Positions 18,474-27,102 of a stretch of 64,000 nucleotides of DNA are shown here, piece by piece. The DNA is from Escherichia phage vB_EcoM_005. The notes under the pieces were generated by a model that did no database searches, was not told where the DNA came from, and was given only the letters and a program-made list of their open reading frames with translations. Made by a program: the position numbers and the translations under genes. The first letter of the stretch is position 1. Each line of letters begins with the position of its first letter. The DNA lies in sequence record MK295203; one strand, given 5' to 3'.

Positions 18474-18748
18474 TTGAAGATATTAAGGGTTATAAGCCGC
18501 ATACCGACGATAAAATCAGTAAAGTGAACGCTATCAAAGATGCCGAAGTTCGATTAGGGCTAATCTTTAAAGCCTTGGAAGAAGAATATGTTGAAGCCTT
18601 TACATGCTCGGGTGTTGATAAAATGAGTGATGAAGAATTCAACCTCACCCATGAACGCCTAGCCCAGATTCGTACGGCAATAGAACGCTTGAAAGAAGCA
18701 AGCATGTGGGCGTGTCGTTCCGTTTTCCAACCCGAGGAAAAATACTAA
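18470..18748 (+). CDS. hypothetical protein
   Basis: 92 aa, ATGA overlap with upstream gene. Confidence 0.45.
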   Translation: MIEDIKGYKPHTDDKISKVNAIKDAEVRLGLIFKALEEEYVEAFTCSGVDKMSDEEFNLTHERLAQIRTAIERLKEASMWACRSVFQPEEKY

Positions 18749-18753
18749 AAGCA

Positions 18754-18782
18754 GTTTACATCTCCTGTAGACGTGATACTAT
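18754..18782 (+). promoter_or_regulatory. T4-type early promoter with inverted repeat (18761-18770 / 18794-18803)
   Basis: GTTTACatctcctgtagacgtgaTACTATaaacctatcaactacaggaga. Confidence 0.7.
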
Positions 18783-18810
18783 AAACCTATCAACTACAGG
18801 AGATTACAAA

Positions 18811-19269
18811 ATGTCAGAAATTAATTCAGAAGTATTCATCCGCCGCAACAAATTACGTCGTCAGTTCGAAACCGAATTCCGTGAACTGAATGCGTCCATC
18901 AAAAAAGCCGCCATTAAGAGCGGAGTCCCAGCCTTCTTTATTAAGTACTCTAATCACTTGTTGGACCGTGCTATCCAACGTGAAATCGACGAAAAATACG
19001 TTTTTGCTTTATTCAAGCAACTCCATAACCATGTTAAAGAAATCCACGAATTCTTAATCCAGGAACCTCTGCCTGATGTAGAATCCGAAATTGTCCCTGG
19101 TAAAGTGTATCGTCCATTGCGTCTCGAAATTACCGATAAAACCTTATGGCTAGGTATGACAGTAGACCGTAAACATCCTGATAAAGGATATTCCCTTAAA
19201 TGCCGTATGGCATTTGTTAACTCTAAACGTTTAGAAGGTAAAACCAGCACGAAAGTAATCTATCTTTAA
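18811..19269 (+). CDS. regB: endoribonuclease RegB
   Basis: SEVFIRRNKLRRQFETEFRE...HLLDRAIQREIDE.YVF...YRP.RLEITD..LWLG...LKCRMA matches recalled T4 RegB. Confidence 0.9.
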   Translation: MSEINSEVFIRRNKLRRQFETEFRELNASIKKAAIKSGVPAFFIKYSNHLLDRAIQREIDEKYVFALFKQLHNHVKEIHEFLIQEPLPDVESEIVPGKVYRPLRLEITDKTLWLGMTVDRKHPDKGYSLKCRMAFVNSKRLEGKTSTKVIYL

Positions 19270-19281
19270 TAATGAGGTCTC

Positions 19282-19821
19282 ATGAAAAAAGTATTAGCCA
19301 CTTTACTATTGACAGTTAGTATGTCTGCCCATAGCGTAGAGCCTACTTTCAGTAATGAACAACTCGATAATTTACATTATGCGTATGCTTTCGGTGAACA
19401 ATACCAAAAGTCGGGAAAGTTCAAAGAAAACCCTAATCAAAAAGGATTAGGATATATCATGGCCGGATTACTATGGCAGGAATCATCCGCCGGAATTAAT
19501 CAAGGTTTAAATAAAGATAAGCACCATGCTTATGGCATGTTCCAAAATTACTTGCCTACGTTAAGAAGTCGTGTTCAACAGGTAGGTTGGAAGATGTCAG
19601 ACAAAGAAATAATTCGTATGGTCCAAAAACGACAGAACAGTGCCTCTTGGGCCTACATTGAACTGTCTTATTGGATTGATGTTCACAAAGGTGACCTGAG
19701 AAAAGCGATTGCTTCTTATAATGCGGGCTGGAATGTCAAAGCAGGCAGTAAATATGCTTCTGAAGTTCTAGAAAAGGCCAATTACCTAAAATCTAAAAAG
19801 ATGTTTGAGGCGGTATATTAA
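19282..19821 (+). CDS. secreted lytic-transglycosylase-like protein
   Basis: signal peptide MKKVLATLLLTVSMSAHS; catalytic-type motif LLWQESSAG typical of SLT domains. Confidence 0.5.
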   Translation: MKKVLATLLLTVSMSAHSVEPTFSNEQLDNLHYAYAFGEQYQKSGKFKENPNQKGLGYIMAGLLWQESSAGINQGLNKDKHHAYGMFQNYLPTLRSRVQQVGWKMSDKEIIRMVQKRQNSASWAYIELSYWIDVHKGDLRKAIASYNAGWNVKAGSKYASEVLEKANYLKSKKMFEAVY

Positions 19822-20079
19822 ATGATTAAGCAGATGACTATAGCGCTTATGTTGATCGCTCCGGGAGTATTAGCGTCACAAGTTGATGATAGCAATAATT
19901 CAATTGTCGAGTATGCTACCCGTACAGTCCGAATGAAAGAGAAAACTCTTTCTAAAAGATACGAGCAACGTCTAAACGTTACTGAATGTATTCCATCTGA
20001 TAAAAAGTACAAAGAAATGTGCGCGTCTATGGTAGACAGACTCGTTGATTCTTACAATCGAGGATTAAACTCTAAATGA
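19822..20079 (+). CDS. secreted small protein, hypothetical
   Basis: signal peptide MIKQMTIALMLIAPGVLASQ. Confidence 0.45.
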   Translation: MIKQMTIALMLIAPGVLASQVDDSNNSIVEYATRTVRMKEKTLSKRYEQRLNVTECIPSDKKYKEMCASMVDRLVDSYNRGLNSK

Positions 20080-20543
20080 TTATCGATTATATTAAGGGCG
20101 ATATCGTCGCCCTGTTTCTTCAAGGTAATAATGTTGCACACGGGTGCAACTGTTTCCACACAATGGGTTCAGGTGTAGCCGGACAATTGGCTAAGGCTTA
20201 TCCACCTATTCTCTCTATCGATAAAACCACTTATTTAGGCAATTTGGAAAAACTTGGCACGTTTACTCAAGCCACAGGTAATAATGGCCAAATTTGCTAT
20301 AATTTATACACCCAATACGAACCAGGTCCTAATCTTGATTACGGTGCTTTAGTAAACTGTATGATAGAATTAAACCGTACCGCAAAGGGTCTTTTGTTTA
20401 AACCAAGAATTTATATTCCTCGCATCGGTTGTGGTATTGCTGGCGGTGATTGGGACAAGGTTTATCAATTGATTAATTTGTTTACTCCTGATATTAATTT
20501 AGTGGTGGTAGATTATGAAAGCCCATTACCCGCATCCGTTTGA
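20076..20543 (+). CDS. Macro-domain protein (ADP-ribose binding / hydrolase-like)
   Basis: 155 aa; N-terminal I.GDIV + NNVAHGCN, MGSGVAG and RIGCGIAGGDW resemble Macro-domain Gly-rich loops. Confidence 0.55.
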   Translation: MIIDYIKGDIVALFLQGNNVAHGCNCFHTMGSGVAGQLAKAYPPILSIDKTTYLGNLEKLGTFTQATGNNGQICYNLYTQYEPGPNLDYGALVNCMIELNRTAKGLLFKPRIYIPRIGCGIAGGDWDKVYQLINLFTPDINLVVVDYESPLPASV

Positions 20544-20727
20544 CCCTAAAAACAAAGCGGAAATTATTCGACGCTGGACCGAAACCCGAGTAACTAAATG
20601 CCCTATAAAAAGTCAACACAACACCGATAAATGGTATATCGGTGAATACGTTGAATATACTTTTATAGATAAAAATAAACGTAAACAGCATGTAGAAGAA
20701 TATTGCTTAAAGGTGCAATGGTTATGA
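20515..20727 (+). CDS. hypothetical protein
   Basis: 70-aa ORF overlapping neighbours. Confidence 0.4.
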   Translation: MKAHYPHPFDPKNKAEIIRRWTETRVTKCPIKSQHNTDKWYIGEYVEYTFIDKNKRKQHVEEYCLKVQWL

Positions 20728-20909
20728 GTCTGAGTAAAGAACAGAAAGATAAATTGTTTGAGCTTATCCACGAGCTTTTGGATGAGCATGCAGAAGCAAA
20801 CGCTTTTTACGATGAATATGGCCCTATAGATGCCGAACACCAGGAAGAATTCGCCAGTCGGTTTGATGAGAAAGAAAACGAATTAATTGCTTATGTAAAT
20901 AGTCTTTAA
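20703..20909 (+). CDS. hypothetical acidic protein
   Basis: 68-aa ORF (internal ATG at 20724 also possible). Confidence 0.45.
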   Translation: MLKGAMVMSLSKEQKDKLFELIHELLDEHAEANAFYDEYGPIDAEHQEEFASRFDEKENELIAYVNSL

Positions 20910-20918
20910 GAAGGTAAT

Positions 20919-21491
20919 ATGGCCCAACTTTATTTTCACTACGCAGCAATGAATTCCGGGAAGACCGCTTCATTGCTAACAGCCGCTCATAACTACAAAG
21001 AACGTGGTATGGGCGTACTCCTTTTAAAGCCTGCGATAGACAATAGAGAATCAAGCCATAGCATTTCGTCTCGTATAGGGATTAGCCAAGAAGCTAATGC
21101 AGTGACTCCGGATATGGACCTATACGAGTTCTATCGTTGGGCTGAATCTCAAAAAGATATCCACTGTGTGTTTGTGGATGAAGCGCAGTTCTTAGAACCT
21201 GTACAGATAAAACAACTGGCAAAGATAGTAGACAATTATAATGTTCCAGTTATGTGCTATGGACTAAGAACTGATTTTCAGGGTAAACTGTTTCCTGGCT
21301 CTGCTGAATTACTCGCTACAGCAGATAAACTCGTTGAGTACAAAGGTGTGTGCCATTGCGGCCGTAAAGCTACTATGACGGCTCGTATCCAAGATGGTAT
21401 CGCAATTAAGGACGGAGCCCAAGTTTCTATAGGTGGCAACGATTCTTACGTGTCATTGTGCAGGAAGCACTGGATAGAAATAACGAGTTGA
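20919..21491 (+). CDS. tk: thymidine kinase
   Basis: P-loop MNSGKT, VDEAQF, C-terminal zinc ribbon CHCG...C..H; 190 aa. Confidence 0.9.
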   Translation: MAQLYFHYAAMNSGKTASLLTAAHNYKERGMGVLLLKPAIDNRESSHSISSRIGISQEANAVTPDMDLYEFYRWAESQKDIHCVFVDEAQFLEPVQIKQLAKIVDNYNVPVMCYGLRTDFQGKLFPGSAELLATADKLVEYKGVCHCGRKATMTARIQDGIAIKDGAQVSIGGNDSYVSLCRKHWIEITS

Positions 21492-21553
21492 GGGTACTAT
21501 GGACCTAAATTCAAAGATTTTAATTCTAGCGTTCGCTGTGGCTATTTCTTATA

Positions 21554-21760
21554 TTGTTCTTTTGCCTATCATGGATGGTGTGGCTTACTAAAAGAGAGAT
21601 AGAGGTTGTAGCAGCGACGTATAATGCTAATAATAAAGAGTGTCCTAATAAAAATGGGATGGATTTAATTAAAGCGCATTATATGCTTTCCATTACCTCG
21701 CCTATACAGAGGAATTGGGTTGAATATAATTTTAACGACGTGTTCTATTCTTATTTGTAG
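21554..21760 (+). CDS. hypothetical small protein
   Basis: 68-aa ORF, hydrophobic N-terminus. Confidence 0.35.
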   Translation: MFFCLSWMVWLTKREIEVVAATYNANNKECPNKNGMDLIKAHYMLSITSPIQRNWVEYNFNDVFYSYL

Positions 21761-21871
21761 TAAGCTTAAAAAGCTATAAATAATAATACTAACCGTAGAG
21801 CTTTAGCTTTTGGTAATCGCTATCGGTTAAGGCCGAAAGGCAAATAGTATAAAACAACAAAGGACTTTTGT

Positions 21872-22186
21872 ATGGATATTTTCCGTACAGCGGCTTGTAT
21901 CCTTATGGCGGGATGTTTAAGCCCTACAGTTTCACTAGCAAATGATACCAATGATAAATTGATGGATGCGTTTGCTAGTAGTGCGATGCCTGTTTATGCG
22001 CAAATGAGTAGACCTAGCGTAAAGGCCTCCGAAGACTATTGGGCCTATGTTACGGCTTCCTGGAAGATTTCAAGTTGTCGGACTATAGAAGCGTGCTCAA
22101 TTGAAGGTCGTGCCATCGGAGAGCGTTATGCAAAACTATTCAGCCCATTTAGAAACCAAAAGCTATGCAAGACACAAAGCGTATGA
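21872..22186 (+). CDS. lipoprotein, hypothetical (possibly 5' part of a frameshifted gene)
   Basis: lipobox ILMAGC; overlaps the next ORF (22101-22436) in another frame. Confidence 0.45.
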   Translation: MDIFRTAACILMAGCLSPTVSLANDTNDKLMDAFASSAMPVYAQMSRPSVKASEDYWAYVTASWKISSCRTIEACSIEGRAIGERYAKLFSPFRNQKLCKTQSV

Positions 22187-22436
22187 CTTCTATTATGTAG
22201 AAGTTCAAGGACCTCTGGACCAATTTAGTGAGCAATATCTTGGATTCAGTGGCAAAGAATATAAAGCATCATTACCGTCTGCTTCAGACTTGCCTAAGGA
22301 CCCGGTAGATTTTCTTGACGAGCTTCTTAAAGCATCTGATAAAATCTATGGCACCCTTCCTAAGGCCATCCAGTCGACTTTGGACGATATCACTGGCGTC
22401 TTTTACCAGACTAAGTATTTGCTGACGTTAGAATAA
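22101..22436 (+). CDS. hypothetical protein (possibly 3' part of the same gene)
   Basis: ORF in +1 frame relative to 21872-22186; ends at terminator. Confidence 0.4.
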   Translation: MKVVPSESVMQNYSAHLETKSYARHKAYDFYYVEVQGPLDQFSEQYLGFSGKEYKASLPSASDLPKDPVDFLDELLKASDKIYGTLPKAIQSTLDDITGVFYQTKYLLTLE

Positions 22437-22438
22437 TC

Positions 22439-22467
22439 AAAGGTCCCACTTCGGTGGGACCTTTTTC
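22439..22467 (+). terminator. rho-independent terminator
   Basis: aaaggtcccacttcggtgggacc + TTTTT. Confidence 0.8.
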
Positions 22468-22475
22468 GTTTAGGT

Positions 22476-22504
22476 GTTTACATCCTCTAGGAACATGATA
22501 CTAT
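22476..22504 (+). promoter_or_regulatory. T4-type early promoter
   Basis: GTTTACatcctctaggaacatgaTACTATagacctatcaa. Confidence 0.7.
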
Positions 22505-22532
22505 AGACCTATCAACTAATGAGGAGAACAGT

Positions 22533-22769
22533 ATGAAACTTACAAGTACTACGGTTTCATTAGAATATGAAATCAACGGTCGTATCCTTGAGATTAAGAT
22601 ATTCGACGACCGAAGTATCTTCGCTGATTATCGAGGATACAGAATTCGTCTAGAAAAGGACGAGCTCAAGGAACCGTGGCTCCTTAAAGACACATTAAAG
22701 GGTTGTGGGTGTAAACTGAACACCACCCAGGCCCAAGAATTAATTTCTACCATCAACAAATACTGGTGA
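22533..22769 (+). CDS. hypothetical protein
   Basis: SD gaggag; 78 aa. Confidence 0.5.
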   Translation: MKLTSTTVSLEYEINGRILEIKIFDDRSIFADYRGYRIRLEKDELKEPWLLKDTLKGCGCKLNTTQAQELISTINKYW

Positions 22770-22773
22770 TATT

Positions 22774-22956
22774 ATGTTAACTACTGAACAGATTGAACAA
22801 ATCCTTAAACTCGCTACTGCTGTTGAACGCGATTCGTATGATATTGCAGTAGAACAATGTGAAGGCTATTCATATTCCGGAATAGAGCAGTGTAAACGAG
22901 ATTTGGCTAACTCTAAAGCAGCATTGGTTGGGTATCTTAATGAGTTGAAAGCATAA
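22774..22956 (+). CDS. hypothetical protein
   Basis: 60 aa. Confidence 0.4.
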   Translation: MLTTEQIEQILKLATAVERDSYDIAVEQCEGYSYSGIEQCKRDLANSKAALVGYLNELKA

Positions 22957-23000
22957 TGGCTGATGGCACAGGAGCATGAGATGATTTACTATCTTGAACC

Positions 23001-23186
23001 TTGGGCTTGGCTAACTTTGTTCTAGAACCTGAGACATTAGCCGGTTCTGGTGATGATATGACTGTTGAAGTGGTAGAATGGAATCTCATTAAAGGTGGGA
23101 TTGTTCTGGAACAAGATGACGAGGTCATTTATCTGGATGCAAGCCAAGTTGAAGAGCTTTATAGTATTTTAAAACACAACCGGTGA
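23001..23186 (+). CDS. hypothetical acidic protein
   Basis: 61 aa. Confidence 0.4.
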   Translation: MGLANFVLEPETLAGSGDDMTVEVVEWNLIKGGIVLEQDDEVIYLDASQVEELYSILKHNR

Positions 23187-23189
23187 TTT

Positions 23190-23372
23190 ATGAAAACCGA
23201 AGAAAAGCATTTAAAACTTGAAGAGCTTATCGAGATATATTCTGGAGCAGTGGCCAGATTTGAAACTGCGTTTTGCAATGATTACCCAGCTAGTGAATGC
23301 AGCAGGCTTTCTAAAGAAGAAGATGAAGCTCTTAAAGAGTTGTTAAATTTTATTAAACAAAATGTGAAATGA
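23190..23372 (+). CDS. hypothetical protein
   Basis: 60 aa. Confidence 0.4.
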   Translation: MKTEEKHLKLEELIEIYSGAVARFETAFCNDYPASECSRLSKEEDEALKELLNFIKQNVK

Positions 23373-23382
23373 GGAACGGAAA

Positions 23383-23844
23383 ATGATTATTGAAACATCT
23401 GGGCTGTTTGGTGACCTGACTGCTGAAGTAGTTGATAATGCAATTGTGCTTTCACAAGAAGACGATAAAATCGTACTGACTATCCAAGATATCAAACCAC
23501 TTTACGATTTAAAGGTTTTGGACAAACACGAATATCTTAAGGGTAGTTTTAGAGGTGTATTTGATATTAACGATGATATGTGGGCCCAGATTTATAACCA
23601 TGACAACGGGTTTAATTTGGAAACGGATGCAGAATGTCTAAGCATTAGTGATTCCGCTAATTTCTTTAAATGTATTTTTAAACTGTTCCAGGAAGAATGC
23701 AAGCCGGAAGTTGAATGGAAAGTCCCTGGCCAAGATGCGGTAATTCGTTCTATCGACGGTGAAAATGAAGTGGTATTTACTAAGGACGAGCTTAAAGTTT
23801 TAGTCTCTTATCTGAACTCTGTTATCCCAACTATGAACGCTTAA
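23383..23844 (+). CDS. hypothetical acidic protein
   Basis: 153 aa, SD ggaacgga. Confidence 0.5.
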   Translation: MIIETSGLFGDLTAEVVDNAIVLSQEDDKIVLTIQDIKPLYDLKVLDKHEYLKGSFRGVFDINDDMWAQIYNHDNGFNLETDAECLSISDSANFFKCIFKLFQEECKPEVEWKVPGQDAVIRSIDGENEVVFTKDELKVLVSYLNSVIPTMNA

Positions 23845-23853
23845 GGAAATATT

Positions 23854-24207
23854 ATGGTTATCAATACAAGGTGTTCTGTGCTTGCAGGTAGTACTATTTT
23901 CGGCTTAACTGTTGCAGGTGCCGGTATATTGGAGCAGTTCTTTGTATTGAGTACTCCTGTTGGTTTAAGTTTAGGTTTTATTTTAGGACTGGTTACACTG
24001 GCTCTTATTCTGGCGGTAGCTGTTGGTATTGTGTATTGTATAATGAGTTTCTGGGCCTGGTATGATTTACGTAAAGAAGAAAAAGAATGGGAACTAATTA
24101 AAGCTAAACGTGAAGGAAAGGAAATTAAAGAAAATATCGTTATTCAATATATCAAAGCTCGTAAATCTAAGGTCTGTCCGGTAATCCACTTCGAGGACAA
24201 AGAATGA
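23854..24207 (+). CDS. membrane protein, hypothetical
   Basis: three hydrophobic helices then basic tail. Confidence 0.5.
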   Translation: MVINTRCSVLAGSTIFGLTVAGAGILEQFFVLSTPVGLSLGFILGLVTLALILAVAVGIVYCIMSFWAWYDLRKEEKEWELIKAKREGKEIKENIVIQYIKARKSKVCPVIHFEDKE

Positions 24208-25115
24208 GAACAGTTATGAAAGGCTACTTCGGTAGCCACCTTTATGGAACAAGTACTCCGGAATCTGATGTCGATTTTAAAGAAATCTTTGTTCCACATC
24301 CGCGTGATATTCTGTTAGGTACGGCTATGAACCATACCAACCTGAATACGAATAACACAGCTTCTAAAAACACTAAAGATGATGTTGACCACGAGCTTTA
24401 CAGCCTGAAATATTTCTTTAAACTAGCGGCTGAAGGCGAAACCGTTGCTCTGGATATGCTCCACACTCCACCTGAATTGGTGGTTAAATCTGATTTACCT
24501 GATGTATGGAAATTTATCCAGGATAACCGTTCTCGGTTCTATACAACCAACATGAAAGCCTATTTAGGGTATGTCCGTAAGCAAGCTTCTAAGTATGGTG
24601 TTAAAGGTTCTCGGGTAGAAGATATCAAACACAGACTCCCTGAAAACGAGTTCTGTGAATGGGTATTCCATAACCACGAGAAAACAGGTCCTCAAACGTT
24701 CTATACTGTTCTTGGACGTAAGTACCAAACCACCTTGTCTTTAATCGAGCTCAAGCAATCTCTGAATAAGCTCGATGCGGAATATGGTGAACGTGCTCGT
24801 AAGGCTGAAGCCAATGAAGGTATTGACTGGAAAGCTCTGAGCCATGCTTATCGGGCTGGATACCAGTTGAAGGAAATCTATCAAACTGGTGACCTCCAAT
24901 ATCCTTTACGTACAGCACCGTTTATCCTTGAAATCAAACAAGGGCTTCATGCTTTTAAAGATGTACAGGCCGAACTTGAAGCTATCGTTGATGAAGTCGA
25001 AACTAATGCTATCTGGGCCGCTAAGAATGGTATGCCTGAGAAGGTAGACATGAAGTTCTGGGACAAGTTCGTCGAAGAGGTTTACCTAGAAAACCATAAC
25101 TCGTATTATAAATGA
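24204..25115 (+). CDS. Pol-beta superfamily nucleotidyltransferase (MNT/KNTase-like)
   Basis: N-terminal GSHLYGTSTPESDVDF = G-S-x3-G-x5-SDVD nucleotidyltransferase signature; 303 aa. Confidence 0.6.
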   Translation: MRTVMKGYFGSHLYGTSTPESDVDFKEIFVPHPRDILLGTAMNHTNLNTNNTASKNTKDDVDHELYSLKYFFKLAAEGETVALDMLHTPPELVVKSDLPDVWKFIQDNRSRFYTTNMKAYLGYVRKQASKYGVKGSRVEDIKHRLPENEFCEWVFHNHEKTGPQTFYTVLGRKYQTTLSLIELKQSLNKLDAEYGERARKAEANEGIDWKALSHAYRAGYQLKEIYQTGDLQYPLRTAPFILEIKQGLHAFKDVQAELEAIVDEVETNAIWAAKNGMPEKVDMKFWDKFVEEVYLENHNSYYK

Positions 25116-25116
25116 T

Positions 25117-25139
25117 AAAAGGCCTTCGGGCCTTTTTTG
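25117..25139 (+). terminator. rho-independent terminator
   Basis: aaaggccttcgggcc + TTTTTT. Confidence 0.8.
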
Positions 25140-25157
25140 GGTTTAGTGCAAAAAAGA

Positions 25158-25186
25158 GTTTACACCCTCGTAGAGCATGTTATTAT
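25158..25186 (+). promoter_or_regulatory. T4-type early promoter
   Basis: GTTTACaccctcgtagagcatgtTATTAT. Confidence 0.6.
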
Positions 25187-25223
25187 GGACCTATCAAATC
25201 TACTGAGTGAAATGGAGAATATA

Positions 25224-26204
25224 ATGTTAACTATCAAAATCAACAAAGGTATCTATCGCGGTAATGAAATCTCTGGTACGTTCATGAGTTCAGGTAAAAC
25301 CTGGTTCCCTAATAAAATTCATGAATCCGAAGCTCACCTCGGTGACGGCAAGGTATTCGTACAGATTGATGGTGTTGAACGTGGTGTATGGGTGTTCAAA
25401 TGTGACGTTGAAACGGAAGGTGCTGAAGCTCCTGTAGTGGTTACTGAATCCGCTGAAGAAATGAAGCATCGCATCAACAAACGTTTTAAAGTAATGAACA
25501 TGATGACTAACGGAATCATCGATGGTAAAATTCGTTCCCTTATCATCTCTGGTGCCGCAGGTATTGGTAAAACGTATTCTTTGGATAAAGCATTACAAAA
25601 TGCCCACGAAAATGAAACTATCGAATATAAATCAATCAACGGAAAGATTAGTGGAATCGGTCTTTACGAGCAGCTTTGGAATAACCGCGGCCCTAATAGT
25701 GTTCTTCTTATCGATGATGTTGATGTATTCTCTGATATGGATATCCTGAACCTGTTAAAAGCAGCATTGGATACCGGTGAAAAACGTAAGGTGTGCTGGA
25801 GCACTTCAAGTTCTTACCTCGATGATAAAAATATCGATAAAGAATTCGAATACGAAGGCACCATCGTGTTCATCACCAACGTTGATATTGACCGTGAATT
25901 AGAGCGTGGAACTAAACTTGCTCCACACCTCCAGGCTTTAGTATCTCGTTCAGTTTACTTAGACCTCGGAGTTCACTCGAACGAAGAGATTATGGTTCGT
26001 GTTGAAGACGTTATCCTGTCCACTGATATGATGCAAAATCGAGGTCTGACTGATGCTGAGACTTATCAAGCTTTAGCATGGATGAAGGCTAATGTATCTC
26101 GTCTTCGTAACGTATCATTACGTACAGCTCTTTATCTGGCAGACTTCATTGCCACCGATAAAAATGACTGGAACGAAATCGCTGAAGTTACACTTCTGAA
26201 ATAA
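25224..26204 (+). CDS. P-loop ATPase (AAA-like)
   Basis: Walker A GAAGIGKT, Walker B VLLIDDVD; 326 aa. Confidence 0.6.
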   Translation: MLTIKINKGIYRGNEISGTFMSSGKTWFPNKIHESEAHLGDGKVFVQIDGVERGVWVFKCDVETEGAEAPVVVTESAEEMKHRINKRFKVMNMMTNGIIDGKIRSLIISGAAGIGKTYSLDKALQNAHENETIEYKSINGKISGIGLYEQLWNNRGPNSVLLIDDVDVFSDMDILNLLKAALDTGEKRKVCWSTSSSYLDDKNIDKEFEYEGTIVFITNVDIDRELERGTKLAPHLQALVSRSVYLDLGVHSNEEIMVRVEDVILSTDMMQNRGLTDAETYQALAWMKANVSRLRNVSLRTALYLADFIATDKNDWNEIAEVTLLK

Positions 26205-26214
26205 AGGTGAAATT

Positions 26215-26556
26215 ATGTTCGAACAATTTAGTTACGACCTTATAAAAGCAGAGTTGAAGTACTCTAATGCCATGAAACAGTCCGTCGAGGACTATGATAA
26301 TGAATTTAAATACAAATTCGCCGAGAAGGTTTATAAAACTGATTGTGAAGAAGGAGACTATAAGAGACTGGCCTTGGCAGCTAAGACTCAGGCCTTAATA
26401 AATCTAGACCGCAAACAGGTAAAGTTGGCAGGCGACTTCCGAGGTGAACTCTGCGCCATCAGGAATGAATACCTTATTCGTATTAAACACCAACGGAAAG
26501 AGAACACCCAATCTGCGTGGTTTAGTGGACAATCAGGTGAAAAAAGTTTCTATTAG
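26215..26556 (+). CDS. hypothetical protein
   Basis: 113 aa. Confidence 0.5.
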   Translation: MFEQFSYDLIKAELKYSNAMKQSVEDYDNEFKYKFAEKVYKTDCEEGDYKRLALAAKTQALINLDRKQVKLAGDFRGELCAIRNEYLIRIKHQRKENTQSAWFSGQSGEKSFY

Positions 26557-26558
26557 TT

Positions 26559-26587
26559 GTTTACATCTCCAGTAGAAATGATACTAT
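26559..26587 (+). promoter_or_regulatory. T4-type early promoter with inverted repeat (ctccagtag / ctactggag)
   Basis: GTTTACatctccagtagaaatgaTACTATagacctatcaactactggagg. Confidence 0.7.
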
Positions 26588-26613
26588 AGACCTATCAACT
26601 ACTGGAGGTTATC

Positions 26614-27039
26614 ATGAACGCTAAAGATATTTTTTCACTGATTAATTTCAACAACGGTAATTTCAAATCTGAAAAACAAAGCAAGTTCTTTAACGACGTT
26701 GCTTGTGGTAATGAGATTACCGTATCTGGAGGAGAGATTTACAAAAGCCGTTGGAACTGGATTGTTATCATCGATTCAGTTGGTATTGTAGAGCTCTATA
26801 AAAATACTAACAAAAAACGTACTCTTCACTGGAGTCGTGAAACCAATCAATCTTATCAAGCTGAACGTAACAAACGTTTAATGCCTACTGAATCTGACCT
26901 GGCAAATGTTAAATCTGATATCGCTTATTTCGATAATCTGATTGCCGAGGAACAAGCGGTTATTGATAAGTTTGACGAAATCAAAGCTTGTAAAGAGATT
27001 CCTGAATTCATGGAGCGTTTAAAGACGGTTCTCGCATAA
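26614..27039 (+). CDS. hypothetical protein
   Basis: 141 aa. Confidence 0.5.
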   Translation: MNAKDIFSLINFNNGNFKSEKQSKFFNDVACGNEITVSGGEIYKSRWNWIVIIDSVGIVELYKNTNKKRTLHWSRETNQSYQAERNKRLMPTESDLANVKSDIAYFDNLIAEEQAVIDKFDEIKACKEIPEFMERLKTVLA

Positions 27040-27102
27040 ACGCTTTATACCAAGGATGGTATAATGGTTCTAGGTTCTTAATTACTTACTGAGGAAATTA
27101 TT

